Assembly: GCF_006345805.1 (NCBI RefSeq) | Contig: NC_043010.1 | Location: forward strand, 558,001-622,000 | Reading direction: 5' to 3' | Length of the DNA: 64,000 nucleotides | DNA from: Octopus sinensis | Taxonomy: Eukaryota | In this document: positions 41,381-54,169 of the stretch, piece after piece | Layout of the letters: each line of letters begins with the position of its first letter | How positions within the stretch are numbered: position 1 is the stretch's first letter | The notes under the pieces: model-generated | Told to the model about the DNA's origin: nothing | Database searches by the model: none | Seen by the model: only the letters and a program-made list of their open reading frames with translations | Translations under genes and position numbers: made by a program

Positions 41381-42140
41381 TATATTTCATCAGTCTATCT
41401 TGAAGAAAAAAGCAGATTAAAGGTCGCTCCTTTCTATATATATAACAATAATGTGGGATCAACACAGAAAGAAGAGGGTGACAGGCGAGGCGGAAACGAA
41501 CGAATGGAAGAGAGTAGACATTAACGACACCCTCGGTACCTGATGATGGTATTAAACCGTGTGATACATTAAGTCAATCTCCCAAGTTGGTTACAGCAGG
41601 ATATGAACTCAGGACCTAAAGAATCAGGACGAATTCCAGAAGACAAATCCACCGATGCACCAACACTTGCGCCAATTCATTGAACTTCACAAGTATCGGC
41701 CCCAGAAGTATGAAAGGTAAAGTTGACCGTTGACCCTCAGCGGGATTTGAACTCGAACGCAATAATCTGAAATAAATACTACAATGTATATGGACCAATG
41801 CTCTCCCCACTCTGCCAACTCAACGTCTCTGTGACTGAGTAAGGAATGAATAGCAGAATATTTAAGGTAATTCCGGGAGTGCACAATAGGGAATTCTTTC
41901 TGATTTTGGCACGAGGTGGGACGGAGGGCAAGTCGATTGCATCGACCCCATATTTAACTGGTACTTTTCGCTTCGAAAGGACGAAAGGCAAAGTGACCAC
42001 AGCACGTGCGCGCGAGCTGTGCTCACTTAGTGTAAGAATTTCAATATATATATATACACATATGTAGGTGCAGGAGAGGCTGTGTGGTAAGTAGATTGCT
42101 TACCAACCACATGGTTCTCGTTTCAGTCTCACTGCATGGC

Positions 42141-42202
<62 letters not shown>

Positions 42203-42415
42203 CGTATATTTGCCATTTGAATATGGCTAACCCCTAAGGGTGGATGCTACTGTAGTTTGTAGCCCCAGGAGGACACCTCCTCCAGCTGGCTATAGGCACA
42301 CTTTCTGTGCCCTATCAGTATTTGCGAAGGGAAGCCATCCTTCCCGTCTTCAACTTATGATACACACGGACTCGAGTTTCAGGGTATTTATAACTCGCTC
42401 TGAGATTTAGCATTG

Positions 42416-42448
<33 letters not shown>

Positions 42449-42531
42449 GGTCCCGGGTTGAGTCGGGGTTAACCACAGTAAATAAGGTACTCAATACATA
42501 GCAGAGTAAATTAATTTATTATATAGAAGGA

Positions 42532-42580
42532 GCTTCTACAGGACTAGAACTGTTTCATTCAAAAGAAATCATCAGGAAGC
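42532..42580 (-). ncRNA. Type I hammerhead ribozyme motif, exact reverse-complement twin of 42581-42629
   Basis: Left arm of the perfect 118-bp palindrome at 42522-42639. Confidence 0.8.
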
Positions 42581-42629
42581 GCTTCCTGATGATTTCTTTT
42601 GAATGAAACAGTTCTAGTCCTGTAGAAGC
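42581..42629 (+). ncRNA. Type I hammerhead ribozyme motif
   Basis: GCUUC-CUGAUGA-U UUC UUUU GAA U-GAAA-CAG UUCUAGUC CUG-UA-GAAGC. Helix I GCUUC/GAAGC, helix III ACAG/CUGU, GUA cleavage triplet at 42622-42624; helix II is short and weak. Confidence 0.8.
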
Positions 42630-43637
42630 TCCTTCTATAAAAAAAAAATATATATATATACATATATACATATATGTATGTGTGTGTGTGTGTGTGTGTA
42701 TGAAGATATGTATGTGTGTGGATGTATGTATCTAGCTGTCTGTTTGTCTGTCTATCTTCTCCTTTCTATGTTTAGTTGAAGGACAGTAATTTTGAAGGAA
42801 GGGGTCAACGATTTGTTAACGGTTTCTGCCAGCTCCCCGCCTTCAGTGTAAAGTGGATAAAACACTCACTTAACATTTGACGTTGCACACAAGACGAAAT
42901 GTTTATTTACATTTTATATGTTTCTTGAATGGCTTCCCAGCAATGGGACAACAGTTTCAAAGAAGTCTGGAGAAAAAACACACACACAAAGCAAAAAAGA
43001 AAAAATAACGAAAAGAAAACCCAGTTTATTCACGGTAGTGTCACATAAAAGAACATTGGTATTGATTTCTTACATTGGTACAAAGTATTAGGATCGGTAA
43101 ATAGCTGTTAGTCGATTATGTCTCTCTCAGTTCTTGATTGCTACTTATTTTATCGATTTCGGGAGAAAGCTGAAAGGCAAAGTCGAATGTAGGCGTGATT
43201 TGAACTCACAACGTAAATGGGCGTGATTACATACTGCACTTTGTCCGCCCCACTTTATTGATCCGAAACGTTTGTAATAATAATAATATACTAACAATAA
43301 TAACTCAAATGTCATCATCAAATCTTCACTGTATATCACAGACAGACACGAGCCAATGAGGACAGCCTCTATATGCTCGCGTATATGTATGCATGCATGC
43401 GTGCATGCGTGTATGTATGTATGTTGTATGTATGTATGTATGTATGTATGTATGCCAGCCTGTATGTATGCATGTATGTATGTATGTATGTATGCCTGAA
43501 TGTATATATCTATGACCGTATGTTTGTATGTATGCATGTACATCTCATTCACACACACAGACGAACACACACAAATACACAAACTCATATATAAGCTAAC
43601 GCTTAAGTAACAATTTCAATATATATATATACATATC

Positions 43638-43809
43638 GGTGCAGGAGAGACTGTGTGGTAAGTAGCTTGTTTACCAACCACATGGTTCCGGTTTCAGTCC
43701 CACTGCGTGGCACCTTGTGCAAGTGTTTCTACTAGCTTCGCGTTGACCAAAGCCTTGTGAGTGGATTTGGTAGACAGAAAACTGAAAGAATATATATATA
43801 TATAATATA

Positions 43810-43867
<58 letters not shown>

Positions 43868-44020
43868 TGTATGTATATGTTTGCCCCCCCTACCATCGCT
43901 TGACAACCGATATTGGTGTGTTTACGTCCCCGTAACTTAGCGGTTCGGTAGAAGTTGACCGATAGAATAAGCACCAGGCTTATAAAGAATAAGTCTTGCA
44001 GTCGATTTCTTCGACTAAAA
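43638..44020 (+). mobile_element. SINE family B
   Basis: Same head and body; internal (TA)n. Confidence 0.8.
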
Positions 44021-44201
44021 TGTATGCATTTAAGTCTGTTTTTTATTTAATTTTTCATATGTCCTGCCCGCCAAACTTGGTTCTGGTGTTCGCTGAATTC
44101 TTCCTCTAGAGAATTTCCCTTGTAGTTTGATCGTTGATGATCTTTTTCTAGCATTCTGGCCGGCTACCTAGCAGGCCAGCCCTGCCAATATAATATATAT
44201 A

Positions 44202-44234
<33 letters not shown>

Positions 44235-44326
44235 ATAATATATACAATTGTTAAAGAGGACAACAAATGTTAAGGCAAGGCAAACATCTGAAGTCGTATA
44301 CATTATTATTATTGGAAAAAATTCAA

Positions 44327-44387
44327 GGCCTTACAGCTGTTTCTTGGTTATCCCAGAGTATGACAGAGCTATTCTGTCATCGGAGAC
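44327..44387 (-). ncRNA. Type I hammerhead-like motif in an inverted pLTR-like segment upstream of a GIY-YIG fossil
   Basis: Minus strand reads GUCU-CCGAUGA-...-GAAA-CAGCUG-UA-AGGC; helix II is irregular. Confidence 0.55.
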
Positions 44388-44663
44388 AAATAGGGAAAAT
44401 GAGAAGGGTATACCTTAATGAAATGGCGACATAGAGGACAGGAGTATAGGAATACGGAGATGAAGAAAGAGAATTACAATAGCGATACCGATAACGATAA
44501 TGACGATAATAATAATAATAATGATAACGCTGACGTGGATATTGATGAGAGAAACGACGGCAAAGATCAGAGCAATATCATGAAGGATTCACCTAATACT
44601 GTCTCAGCCACTACCAGTACTATCCCATCTCTCTCTCCAGTTAACCATCGTAGAACTGTTAGC

Positions 44664-45000
44664 TGCAACTGCAGATCTGGGACAGACTGCCCACTGAAAG
44701 CCCATTGCAGAAGATTCAACGTCATATACCAATGTACCGTTCGCAAAATAGTAAAAAAAAACTCCTATAGCTACTACACTGGATCTACCACAAATTTTTA
44801 AACAAAGATGTTATGCACATTTAAACACGTTTAAATATAAAGAGAATAACAATTCCACATCACCAGCCAGCCACGTATGCCATATAATTAATGGAAAAAA
44901 TACGATATAGACTTTCCTGGGCTATAATAGACACTGGTATCCCATATCATGGCCAGCACTCCATTTGTGGATTCTGTTTAAAAGAAGCCCTTATATATCA
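44664..45000 (+). pseudogene. Penelope-like element GIY-YIG endonuclease fossil
   Basis: CNCRSGTDCPLKAHC...NVIYQC...YYTGSTTNF / KQRCYAH / YRLSWAIID...CGFCLKEALI, read across frameshifts (ORFs 44418..44801 and 44891..45091). Confidence 0.75.
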
Positions 45001-45306
45001 TAAAATGTGCGTGAGTATGTGTGTGTGTGTGTGTTGTGTGTGTGCGCGCGTGTGTGTGTGTGTGTATGTGCGCGTGTGTGTGTGTATTTAGTGCTGACGG
45101 AGAGAAGAAAGTGTAGACAATACCATAGTGAAAATTAATAATACTTTTATTGTAGTTGAGTCGTTGTTTCGTTGTTCTGAGTTTCACCTGTGGGAGTAGA
45201 GGGTCTTCAGGTAAAGTACGACTCTAATATTAATGCCGCAATTTGACTGAACATCCTTTGTACTCCCACAGGCGAAACACAAATAACTAGATGCTAACAC
45301 AACTAA

Positions 45307-45383
<77 letters not shown>

Positions 45384-45489
45384 GTCTGTATATAATAATG
45401 TAAAAAAATAATCAAAGAATGGGTTTATTCTTAGTTTACAACTGATTCATCGATTTGCATTAAACCAAACTTGCGTCATATTGATTCCA

Positions 45490-45620
<131 letters not shown>

Positions 45621-45752
45621 GGGGAATTTTCCTTGTATTGTTTGTCCTGTACTCTGTTTTTTCGTTGGTTAAAAAAGTCCGTTTCCTTGTTTGATTTTAT
45701 GTTTTCGTTTCTCGTTGTGTTCTACGTTTATTTGTGGTGGCTGTACTATATA

Positions 45753-45787
<35 letters not shown>

Positions 45788-45788
45788 G

Positions 45789-45826
<38 letters not shown>

Positions 45827-45983
45827 GCATGTATATATACATGTAGATGTAAGTATGTACATATATGTATGTATATATGCATATTATTATTTATTATATT
45901 GTTATTATATATATATATACAATACACACATACATGTATATATCTATATCTATATATTGCATGTATATATATATATATTATAT

Positions 45984-46015
<32 letters not shown>

Positions 46016-46105
46016 GTACACATATATATATACTTATATATACATACACATGAAATGTGTGTATATATACACACACACATTCACATCCATATATATAGTT
46101 TATGT

Positions 46106-46463
46106 ATTCTTTTATTCTTGTATTGGTTTCAGTCATTTGACTTCGGCCATGCTGGAGCCTCGCCTGTAGTCGAACAAACTGACCTCAGGACTTATTCTTT
46201 GTAAGCCTATTACTTATTGTATGGATCTCTTTTGCCGAACCTCTAAGTTACGGGGACGTAAACATACCAACATCGGTTGTCAAGTGATGGTGGGGAGACA
46301 AGCACAGTCACACACACATATGTATATATATATATATATATATACGAAAGGCTTCTTTCAGTTTCCGTCTACCAAATCCACTCACAAGGCTTTGGTCGGC
46401 CCGAAGCTATAGTAGAAGATACTTGCCCAAGATGTCACACAGTGGGACTGAACCAGAACCATA
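46106..46463 (-). mobile_element. SINE family B
   Basis: Reverse complement of the family B body. Confidence 0.8.
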
Positions 46464-46482
46464 AGCATATTTGTGTGTGTGT

Positions 46483-46515
<33 letters not shown>

Positions 46516-46816
46516 TCATACGTGTAAAGAGTAAAAGAATCAAAAGGACGAATAAATACGGTTAGGCAGCTTTTTAATTTTCATTACAAATGTTTCGATA
46601 CCTAAGACTAGAAATGGTAGCTTACCATAATAATACTACCGGCTATTTGGAAATTCTAAGGGTGAACGAGTTCTATTTGTACTCTGATACGTTCTTAGCG
46701 TAACACACCTCCACTATATATGCATGTATGTATGAATATAAATATGTATATATATATATATATATGGTATATGCACAAAGACATACACGACGCAAGCGCG
46801 CACACACGCACACACA

Positions 46817-46847
<31 letters not shown>

Positions 46848-46859
46848 CAGCACGCACAC

Positions 46860-46915
<56 letters not shown>

Positions 46916-47031
46916 TTTATATATGAGAGCCTACGAAATCCCTGTCTGCGTTTTTAACCCGTGCTCCTATACGATACACACAGTAAACGTATCCCTTTTC
47001 CAGCACTTCTTGACAAATTCTGTTGTGAAGA

Positions 47032-47200
47032 AGCGTAGGAGGCTGTGTGGTAAGTAGCTTGTTTACCAGCCACATGGTTCCGGGTTCAGTCCCACTGCGT
47101 GGCACCTTGGGCAAGTGCCTTTGACTATGGCCTTGGGCTGACGAAAGCCTTATGAGTGGATTTGGTAGACTGAAGCTGAAAGAAGCCCGTCGTATATATG

Positions 47201-47235
<35 letters not shown>

Positions 47236-47447
47236 ATGTTTGTGTATCTGTGTTTGTCGCCCCAACATCACTTGACAACCGATGCTGTTGTGCTTACGTT
47301 CCCGTAACTTAGCGATTCGGCAAATGATACCGATAGAATAAGTACTAGGCTTACAAAGAACAAGTCCTGGGGTCGATTTGCTCGACTAAAGGCAATGCTC
47401 CAGCATGGCCACAGTCAAATGACTGAAACCAGCAAACGAGTATGAGA
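47032..47447 (+). mobile_element. SINE family B, full length
   Basis: Colinear with 15081-15494. Confidence 0.85.
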
Positions 47448-47864
47448 ACAAGATTTATCTTCTGACGGTCATTGTGTTACAAATAAACACAACTGAGGTT
47501 TGTCTTCGTGGAATCTTCGACTGGGAATGATATTGGTTCATAGAAGAATCCTGTATTGAGACATATTCATGGCACACAAATACACTTATATATATCCGTA
47601 TGTTTATATACATATACATACATACTTACATACACACAGACACACGCGCACGCACACACGTATATATATATATATATTATATATATATACATACATACAC
47701 ACACACACAGATATCTACATGCCTATATGAATACATATGTATACACACATATTTCTGTACGTACATATACATACATGCATATGTATACCAAGACATATAT
47801 ATGTAAATGCGTGTGTATTCACACCCACACACACACACACATATATATAATATAAAATATATAT

Positions 47865-47916
<52 letters not shown>

Positions 47917-49239
47917 TATATATATATTATATATATATATATATATATGCATATAAATATGTATATATACATATATACGTACCTACATACATTCTTACAC
48001 ACACACACACACAACATACAACCTACACATACGTACAGACGTACGTGCATACATCTATACATACGTACACACGTACGTGCATACATCTATACCTATGTAT
48101 GTACGCACATATTCCACTCAGTAATGCGATTTACAAGCCGAGTATTGAATAGAAACTCAATTATTGTAAGAAATGAATAAAGAATTAATATTTATCTGTA
48201 GATTCTCTTTGACCACCACCACCACTACCATGACTATAATCACTACTAATGCTACCACTCACAGAAACATCATCCCCTTCTTCATCTTCATCATTTTCTC
48301 CTCCTGCCCCTCTCATCATCAACAAGATGTTAGAGAAACGAGAATATAGTGCTAATACAAGCAAACGAGAGAGTGAGAGACAGAGATAGATAGATAGAGA
48401 GCGAGGAGAGAGGGAGAGAGAGGGAGAGAGGAGGGAGATAGGGAGAAAGAGAGCGAGGAGAGGGACACAGGATGGAAACTATTAATACTAAGTTTCTTAT
48501 ATGCATATATATATATGTATATGTATATATACATACATACATACGCACGCATTCACTCACTCACTCACTCAAATCCGCGCACACACACACACAAATTCAC
48601 ATAAGCCTTGTAGTCAGTTAGGAAGACCAAAATTCAAATGAGTATTCAATACAGGTGATGTGCAGAATATATATATATATATATTGTGTATATATATATA
48701 TTATATATATATTATATAAATATTATATATATATATATGAATGTCGGGTATGCTACTAGTAGTACACCGAGAAAACCACGTTTACTGCCTATGTTTACCT
48801 GACGTCATCACGGTGATTAAACAATTGTCGCTTGATCTACCTTAGGAATTCCTCAGAGTACGTTGAGTATAAAACAAATGATAGAGACGGAGAATGGAAT
48901 AAACGGGAAACTTTATTGCTCACAAACGATCGTTCGACACATCCTGCATCGATCCCACGCGAGTGGGAACTATACAGCTGTTGTTGGCATCCCTCGATGG
49001 CGGAAGCGTTTCGTCAGGTGACGTAGTTAAGATGTTATCTCTTAAATGAACTATTTTCATTAGGATTTAATCCAGATGGTTGTTTGTTAGTGACAGTCGG
49101 TCTATGTATATATAAATATATATGTGTATGTAGTATGTATGTATGTACGTAGGATGGATGTATATATATATATATTATATTATATATATATATATATACT
49201 CATACATAATATAAACATGTGTGTATGTATGTGCATGTG

Positions 49240-49680
49240 TGTGTATGCAAGTGTGCATATAAGGAAGCCCCTTTGCATGAATACAAGGACAAATGAGAAG
49301 AGGGAAGGTAAACAAGTAGTTAGCGGATTGGAGAACAACAGTCTGGATTTAACCGAAAGGCGAGATATCAGTCAGGCAACAGTAAAAGCTAGGTACCCTG
49401 TTGCTTGAGAAATAGCATAAGCCACCAAAGCCGTACCGTGAGGGTGAGTTCGCGAATATACATAATGAATGCTGCAGAAATTGTATGCCCTTAGAAGCGA
49501 CAGACTTTTGCCTGACGAGAAATGCTGTGGCAAATAGGACTCAGACTTTCTGCAGGGTTGGACAGGCAATCTGAAGCACAAAGTGAAGTCATTTATTGAA
49601 TTTTCGGCTGAAAATGATGAGAGCACGGGCATTACGGATGTTGCGCAACCGGCCATATTCCTTCGTGGTGTAGACGAGAC
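49240..49680 (+). mobile_element. hAT (Charlie/Buster, GTF2IRD2-like) transposase remnant truncated by the assembly gap
   Basis: FIEFSAENDESTGITDVAQPAIFLRGVDE matches the FSxAxDESTDxxDxAQLAIFIRGV pattern; stops upstream. Confidence 0.75.
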
Positions 49681-49780
49681 NNNNNNNNNNNNNNNNNNNN
49701 NNNNNNNNNNNNNNNNNNNNNNNNNNNNNNNNNNNNNNNNNNNNNNNNNNNNNNNNNNNNNNNNNNNNNNNNNNNNNNNN
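49681..49780. other. Assembly gap (100 N)
   Basis: Run of N. Confidence 1.
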
Positions 49781-50371
49781 ATTAATATAATATATATAGT
49801 GTTTTATAGGTCCTCCAGCTCATCGTTGTCCTATATATATCATGTTGTATGTTTATCCATGATGGTTCGTAGTTTGTCCGCAACATTTGAAACCAGTTGT
49901 GACTCGATTCATCAGACTTTTTAAAGTTTATTGGGGAAGCTTGACAGTGGTGGAAGAGAGGATAGTAAAGATATCAGATATATGGAGCTTCCTTATCTAA
50001 AAAAAAAGTCCCCTTTTTTTATGAGAAAAGGGATTTTTTTATTAGCTTCTCGTTATCCCGCAGTATTATTGATGTTTCCTACTTTGAAATGACGTGGTTA
50101 ACAAAGTACATATATTGGGGTAATTTTATTTATGTGCTGTGTCTCCAATATCAGGAAGTGTGAGATGCTGGTAAAGAATTTTCCAGAATCGATCTACGCC
50201 AAACTTATGCTTTTATATCTTGTTCTGCTGTCATCAATAACTTCTTGGTTTATCAATAAGGATTTTTTTTTCATATCCATAATCCCTTTGCAACATTCTG
50301 CTCGTCTGGTAAAATGGAAAAAATATTGATGTTATCTTCCAACATGCTCTGCCATCTTGTTAGCGAATATA

Positions 50372-50534
50372 GGCGCAGGAGTGGCTGTGTCGTAAGTACC
50401 TTGGTTACCAATTTCATGGTTCCAGGTTCAGTCCCACCGAGTGCCACCTTGGGCAAGTATCTTCTACTACAGACTCAGACCGGCCAAAGCTTTGTGAGTG
50501 GATTTGGTAGGTGGAAACTGAAAGACGCCCTTCG

Positions 50535-50588
<54 letters not shown>

Positions 50589-50850
50589 GTTGTGTGTGTG
50601 TGTGGTGTGTTTTGTTTGTGGTGTTGTGTGTTTTGTGTGTGTGTTGTGTGTGTGTGTGCGTATGTTTGTGTCTGTGTTTGTCCCCCCAATATCGCTTGAC
50701 AACCGATGCTGGTGTGTTTACATCCCCGTAACATAGCGGTTCAGCAAAATAAACCGATTGAATATGTACTAGGCTTATAAAGAATTTTTGCTCGACTAAA
50801 GGTGGTGCTCCAGCATGGCCGCACTCAAATAACTGAAACAAATAAAAGAA
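50372..50850 (+). mobile_element. SINE family B, full length
   Basis: Same head, core and tail; expanded internal (TG)n. Confidence 0.85.
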
Positions 50851-50899
50851 TATACAAACATAGATGCATATATAGATACCCCCGCACACACACACACAC

Positions 50900-50940
<41 letters not shown>

Positions 50941-51047
50941 CAAATCGAAAATTAAAAATAAGAAAACAGCTGAAGTCAAAAGGACGTGCACATCATGGAA
51001 TATATTAGCTTGACGCTCAGTATAAGATGGAAAATTCGGGTGTGTAT

Positions 51048-51074
51048 AACGTTTCGAGCATGGCTCTTCGTCAG
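51048..51074 (-). ncRNA. Hammerhead core with poor helix I
   Basis: Minus strand reads CUGACGA-A-GAGC CAU GCUC-GAAA-CG-UU; the flanks are not complementary. Confidence 0.5.
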
Positions 51075-51321
51075 AAAGAGGAGAAAGGAAAGATCCAGAC
51101 ACGGAAACGTATCCTAGAAATGTATGTATGTATGCTTGTGGTTTTATATATATATAATTAAATAAATGCTAAGGGAGCAGGGATAACTTGATTAATTTCA
51201 TTCGCTAACAGCTGTTTCGGTTATAAGACTATTTACAACCTAATGAAGTAGATAACGCAATCACTGTTCCTTCATCATTCATTAAATTCATATTACGCTC
51301 TGTACTCGACTAACGCTTTCT

Positions 51322-51534
51322 TCTTTTCTTCTATAGGCACAAGGCCCGAAATTTGGGGGGAGGGGACCAGTCGATGAGATCGACTCCAGTACGCAACTGG
51401 TACTTAATTTATCGACCCCGAAAGGTTGAAAGGCAAAGTCGACCTCGGCGGAATTTGAACTGAGAATATAAAGACAGACGAAATACCACTAAGCATTTCG
51501 CCCGACGTGCTAACGTTTCTGTCAGCTCACCGCC
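51322..51534 (-). mobile_element. tRNA-derived SINE family A (well-preserved copy)
   Basis: Minus strand reads ggcggtgagctgacagaaacgttagcacg...gagttcaaattccgccgaggtcgactttgcctttcaacctttcggggtcgataaattaagtaccag...ggccttgtgcctatagaag. The central segment resembles Nin-type SINE cores. Confidence 0.85.
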
Positions 51535-52340
51535 TTGATTAACGATATATTCTAAAGTACATGTATACTGAGTTCCTACACCAGGTCATTTGTATCGATA
51601 TGTCTATTTCTTCTGTTTTTTTTTTGCTTGCAAATGGTTATACATATATACATATATTACTATTGGGGCTGTAGTAGAAAACACTGACCAGTGCCACACA
51701 GGGGGAGTGAACTCAGAACCACGTGATTGAAAGCAAGCTTCTTAACCACACAGCCTCGCCTACGCCTGTACTGTCTATTATATTGAAAGTACTCCACGTA
51801 GTGTGTCCGTAAGTACATGACAGTAACTATTTTTGATGTGTTATAAATATTTGTACGTCCAGAGGTTTCAGTCATGTGTGCATCTGAATTGCTTTGAAGC
51901 ATTTCTAAAATCATTATTCCATAGACTGCTTCTGTTTTTGCTCCCATATTCTGGTTATCTTCATTTTCTAGACCTTAATATTTGAAAAGTACTCAGTTTC
52001 TTTCAGTAGTATATAATCGTATTTTAATATAATCATACTTAGTTTAAGAGCAAATCCTTGATAACAATATCTGACCTGTTAGTCTATCTACATATATTCT
52101 CATATCTCAGCGTATTATTACTTTCTCATATATTCCAACATCATCGTCCTCCTCCTCCACCCATCATCATCATCATCATCATCATCCAGATTTTGCTTGT
52201 AAACGAACCTTTTTGCAGGATATATACTGGAATAGCTGATATTTAGCATATATAGTTTTATATTTAAGAGATGAGGAATTATGTACATTATTTACACTAT
52301 TTACATTTGACGGATATTTGTCCTCATCTTGTTTGTTGTT

Positions 52341-52386
52341 AACACAACGTTTCGGCTGATATACCCTCCAGCCTTCATCGGGTGTC
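52341..52386 (-). ncRNA. Minimal type I hammerhead motif (CCGAUGA variant)
   Basis: Minus strand reads GACAC-CCGAUGA-A-GGCUG GAGGGUAUAU CAGCC-GAAA-CG-UU-GUGUU; helix III is the palindrome AACGUU. Confidence 0.7.
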
Positions 52387-52467
52387 TTGAGAAAATTTCG
52401 AACCTGGCTTCTCATTCCTAAGGTATTTTACGATGTTATTATTTATTATTATTATTATTATTATTAC

Positions 52468-52526
<59 letters not shown>

Positions 52527-52641
52527 TCACTGCTTGGAATCGACCTGAATAATAATAAAAATAATATAATAATAATATAATAATAATAATAATATTGTAA
52601 AATACCTTAGGAATGAGAACCAAAGTTGGAAATTTTCCCAT

Positions 52642-52687
52642 GACACCTGATGAAGGCTGGATGGTATATCAGCTGAAACATTGTGTT
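52642..52687 (+). ncRNA. Minimal type I hammerhead motif, CpG-decayed twin of 52341-52386
   Basis: GACAC-CUGAUGA-AGGCUG...CAGCU-GAAA-CA-UU-GUGUU. Confidence 0.6.
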
Positions 52688-53444
52688 AACAACAAACAAG
52701 ATGAGGACAAATAACCGTCAAATGTAAATAATGCTGATTTTTAGATCTTGTTTTTCCCTATAAACTCTACAACCTCTTCAAGTTGGTGTAGTTCGTGTGC
52801 TACTATGGTGGTAACGATGATGGTCATGATGTTCTTGATGATAATGATGATGACGATGACGAAGATGACGACGACGACGACGACGAATGATGATGATGAT
52901 AATAATGATGATGATGTTGATGATGATGTTGATGATGTTGATGATGATGATGTTGATGATGATGTTGATGTTGATGATATGCTGCTGAAGATGGTGATGA
53001 TAATGTTGGGTGATACTGATAAAGATGGCGTTAGTGATAATGGTGATAACATGGACGAGGATCATAATGATGTGATGGTGGTGGTCTCGGTGGTGGTGAT
53101 GGTTATAGTGATGGTGATGGCGATGGTGGTGGAGGTGATGGTGGTGGAGATGGTGGTGATGATGGTGATGATGATAGAGAAGGGGAGGAGGAGGACTGTA
53201 GTGGTGACGATGGTGTCGGTAGTGTTTGTTTTTGGCGATAATGTTCCTCGTATTTTATGAAGACGATGAGAAAGATGAGATGCATGATGATGATGAAAGC
53301 CGATGAAGATAAAGAATGACAGAAGCTCTGGAAGAGGCTGAGGACAATGTAAAAGATGGCAGAAAATTATGATGATGATGATTGTGGTGGTGGTGGTGGG
53401 TGTGGTGGTGACGGTGGCGGTGGCGGTGGTTGCGGTGGTGGTGG

Positions 53445-53477
<33 letters not shown>

Positions 53478-53478
53478 C

Positions 53479-53554
<76 letters not shown>

Positions 53555-53752
53555 GCGAAGAAAGTGATGAAGACAATGGTGTTTGGAGAACGATAATCAC
53601 GAGGATTATCGTTATGACCATCGTACAAAAGATGGTAAATACTGTTTCGGTAGTAATAACTAAATGACATCTGATAATCTCTCTCACTCACACACACACT
53701 CACACACACACACACATGCACACACACATACACACTCACACACACACACACA

Positions 53753-53790
<38 letters not shown>

Positions 53791-54119
53791 TACATATACC
53801 AGTTCATAAACCACACAAACACACACACACGCGCGCATACACAATTACATAACACAATCACAAACACACACAAAGACACCAGCGTATACACACACACACA
53901 CGCCCACACACACACACGACTAATGTATTTGAAGATAAGCTGTGATGTGATGATAACATTCATAGATTGACAGTGAGCAGATAAAAGAGATCCGTTCAAT
54001 ACTAATCAGAGTATTGATCAAAAAGCTGATAATAACTTTATAACCGTGCGTGTGCGCGCGCCTGCGTGTTTCTCTAAGTGTGTGCGTGTGTGTGTGTGTG
54101 TGCGTGTGTGTGTGTGTGT

Positions 54120-54160
<41 letters not shown>

Positions 54161-54169
54161 CATGCGTGC

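Larger units (their letters stand above)
52251..52733. mobile_element. Fold-back of a hammerhead-bearing repeat with (ATT)n/(TAA)n inner arms
   Basis: About 52296-52528 is the reverse complement of 52542-52733; the centre is ttcaggtc-actgcttggaatc-gacctgaa. Confidence 0.75.

Noticed and set aside
47032-47105. tRNA gene candidates (A/B boxes)
   Set aside because: Heads of multi-copy SINEs that run directly into SINE bodies; no full cloverleaf evident.
49583-49924. ORF spanning the N run
   Set aside because: Crosses the assembly gap; only the left part is a transposase remnant.
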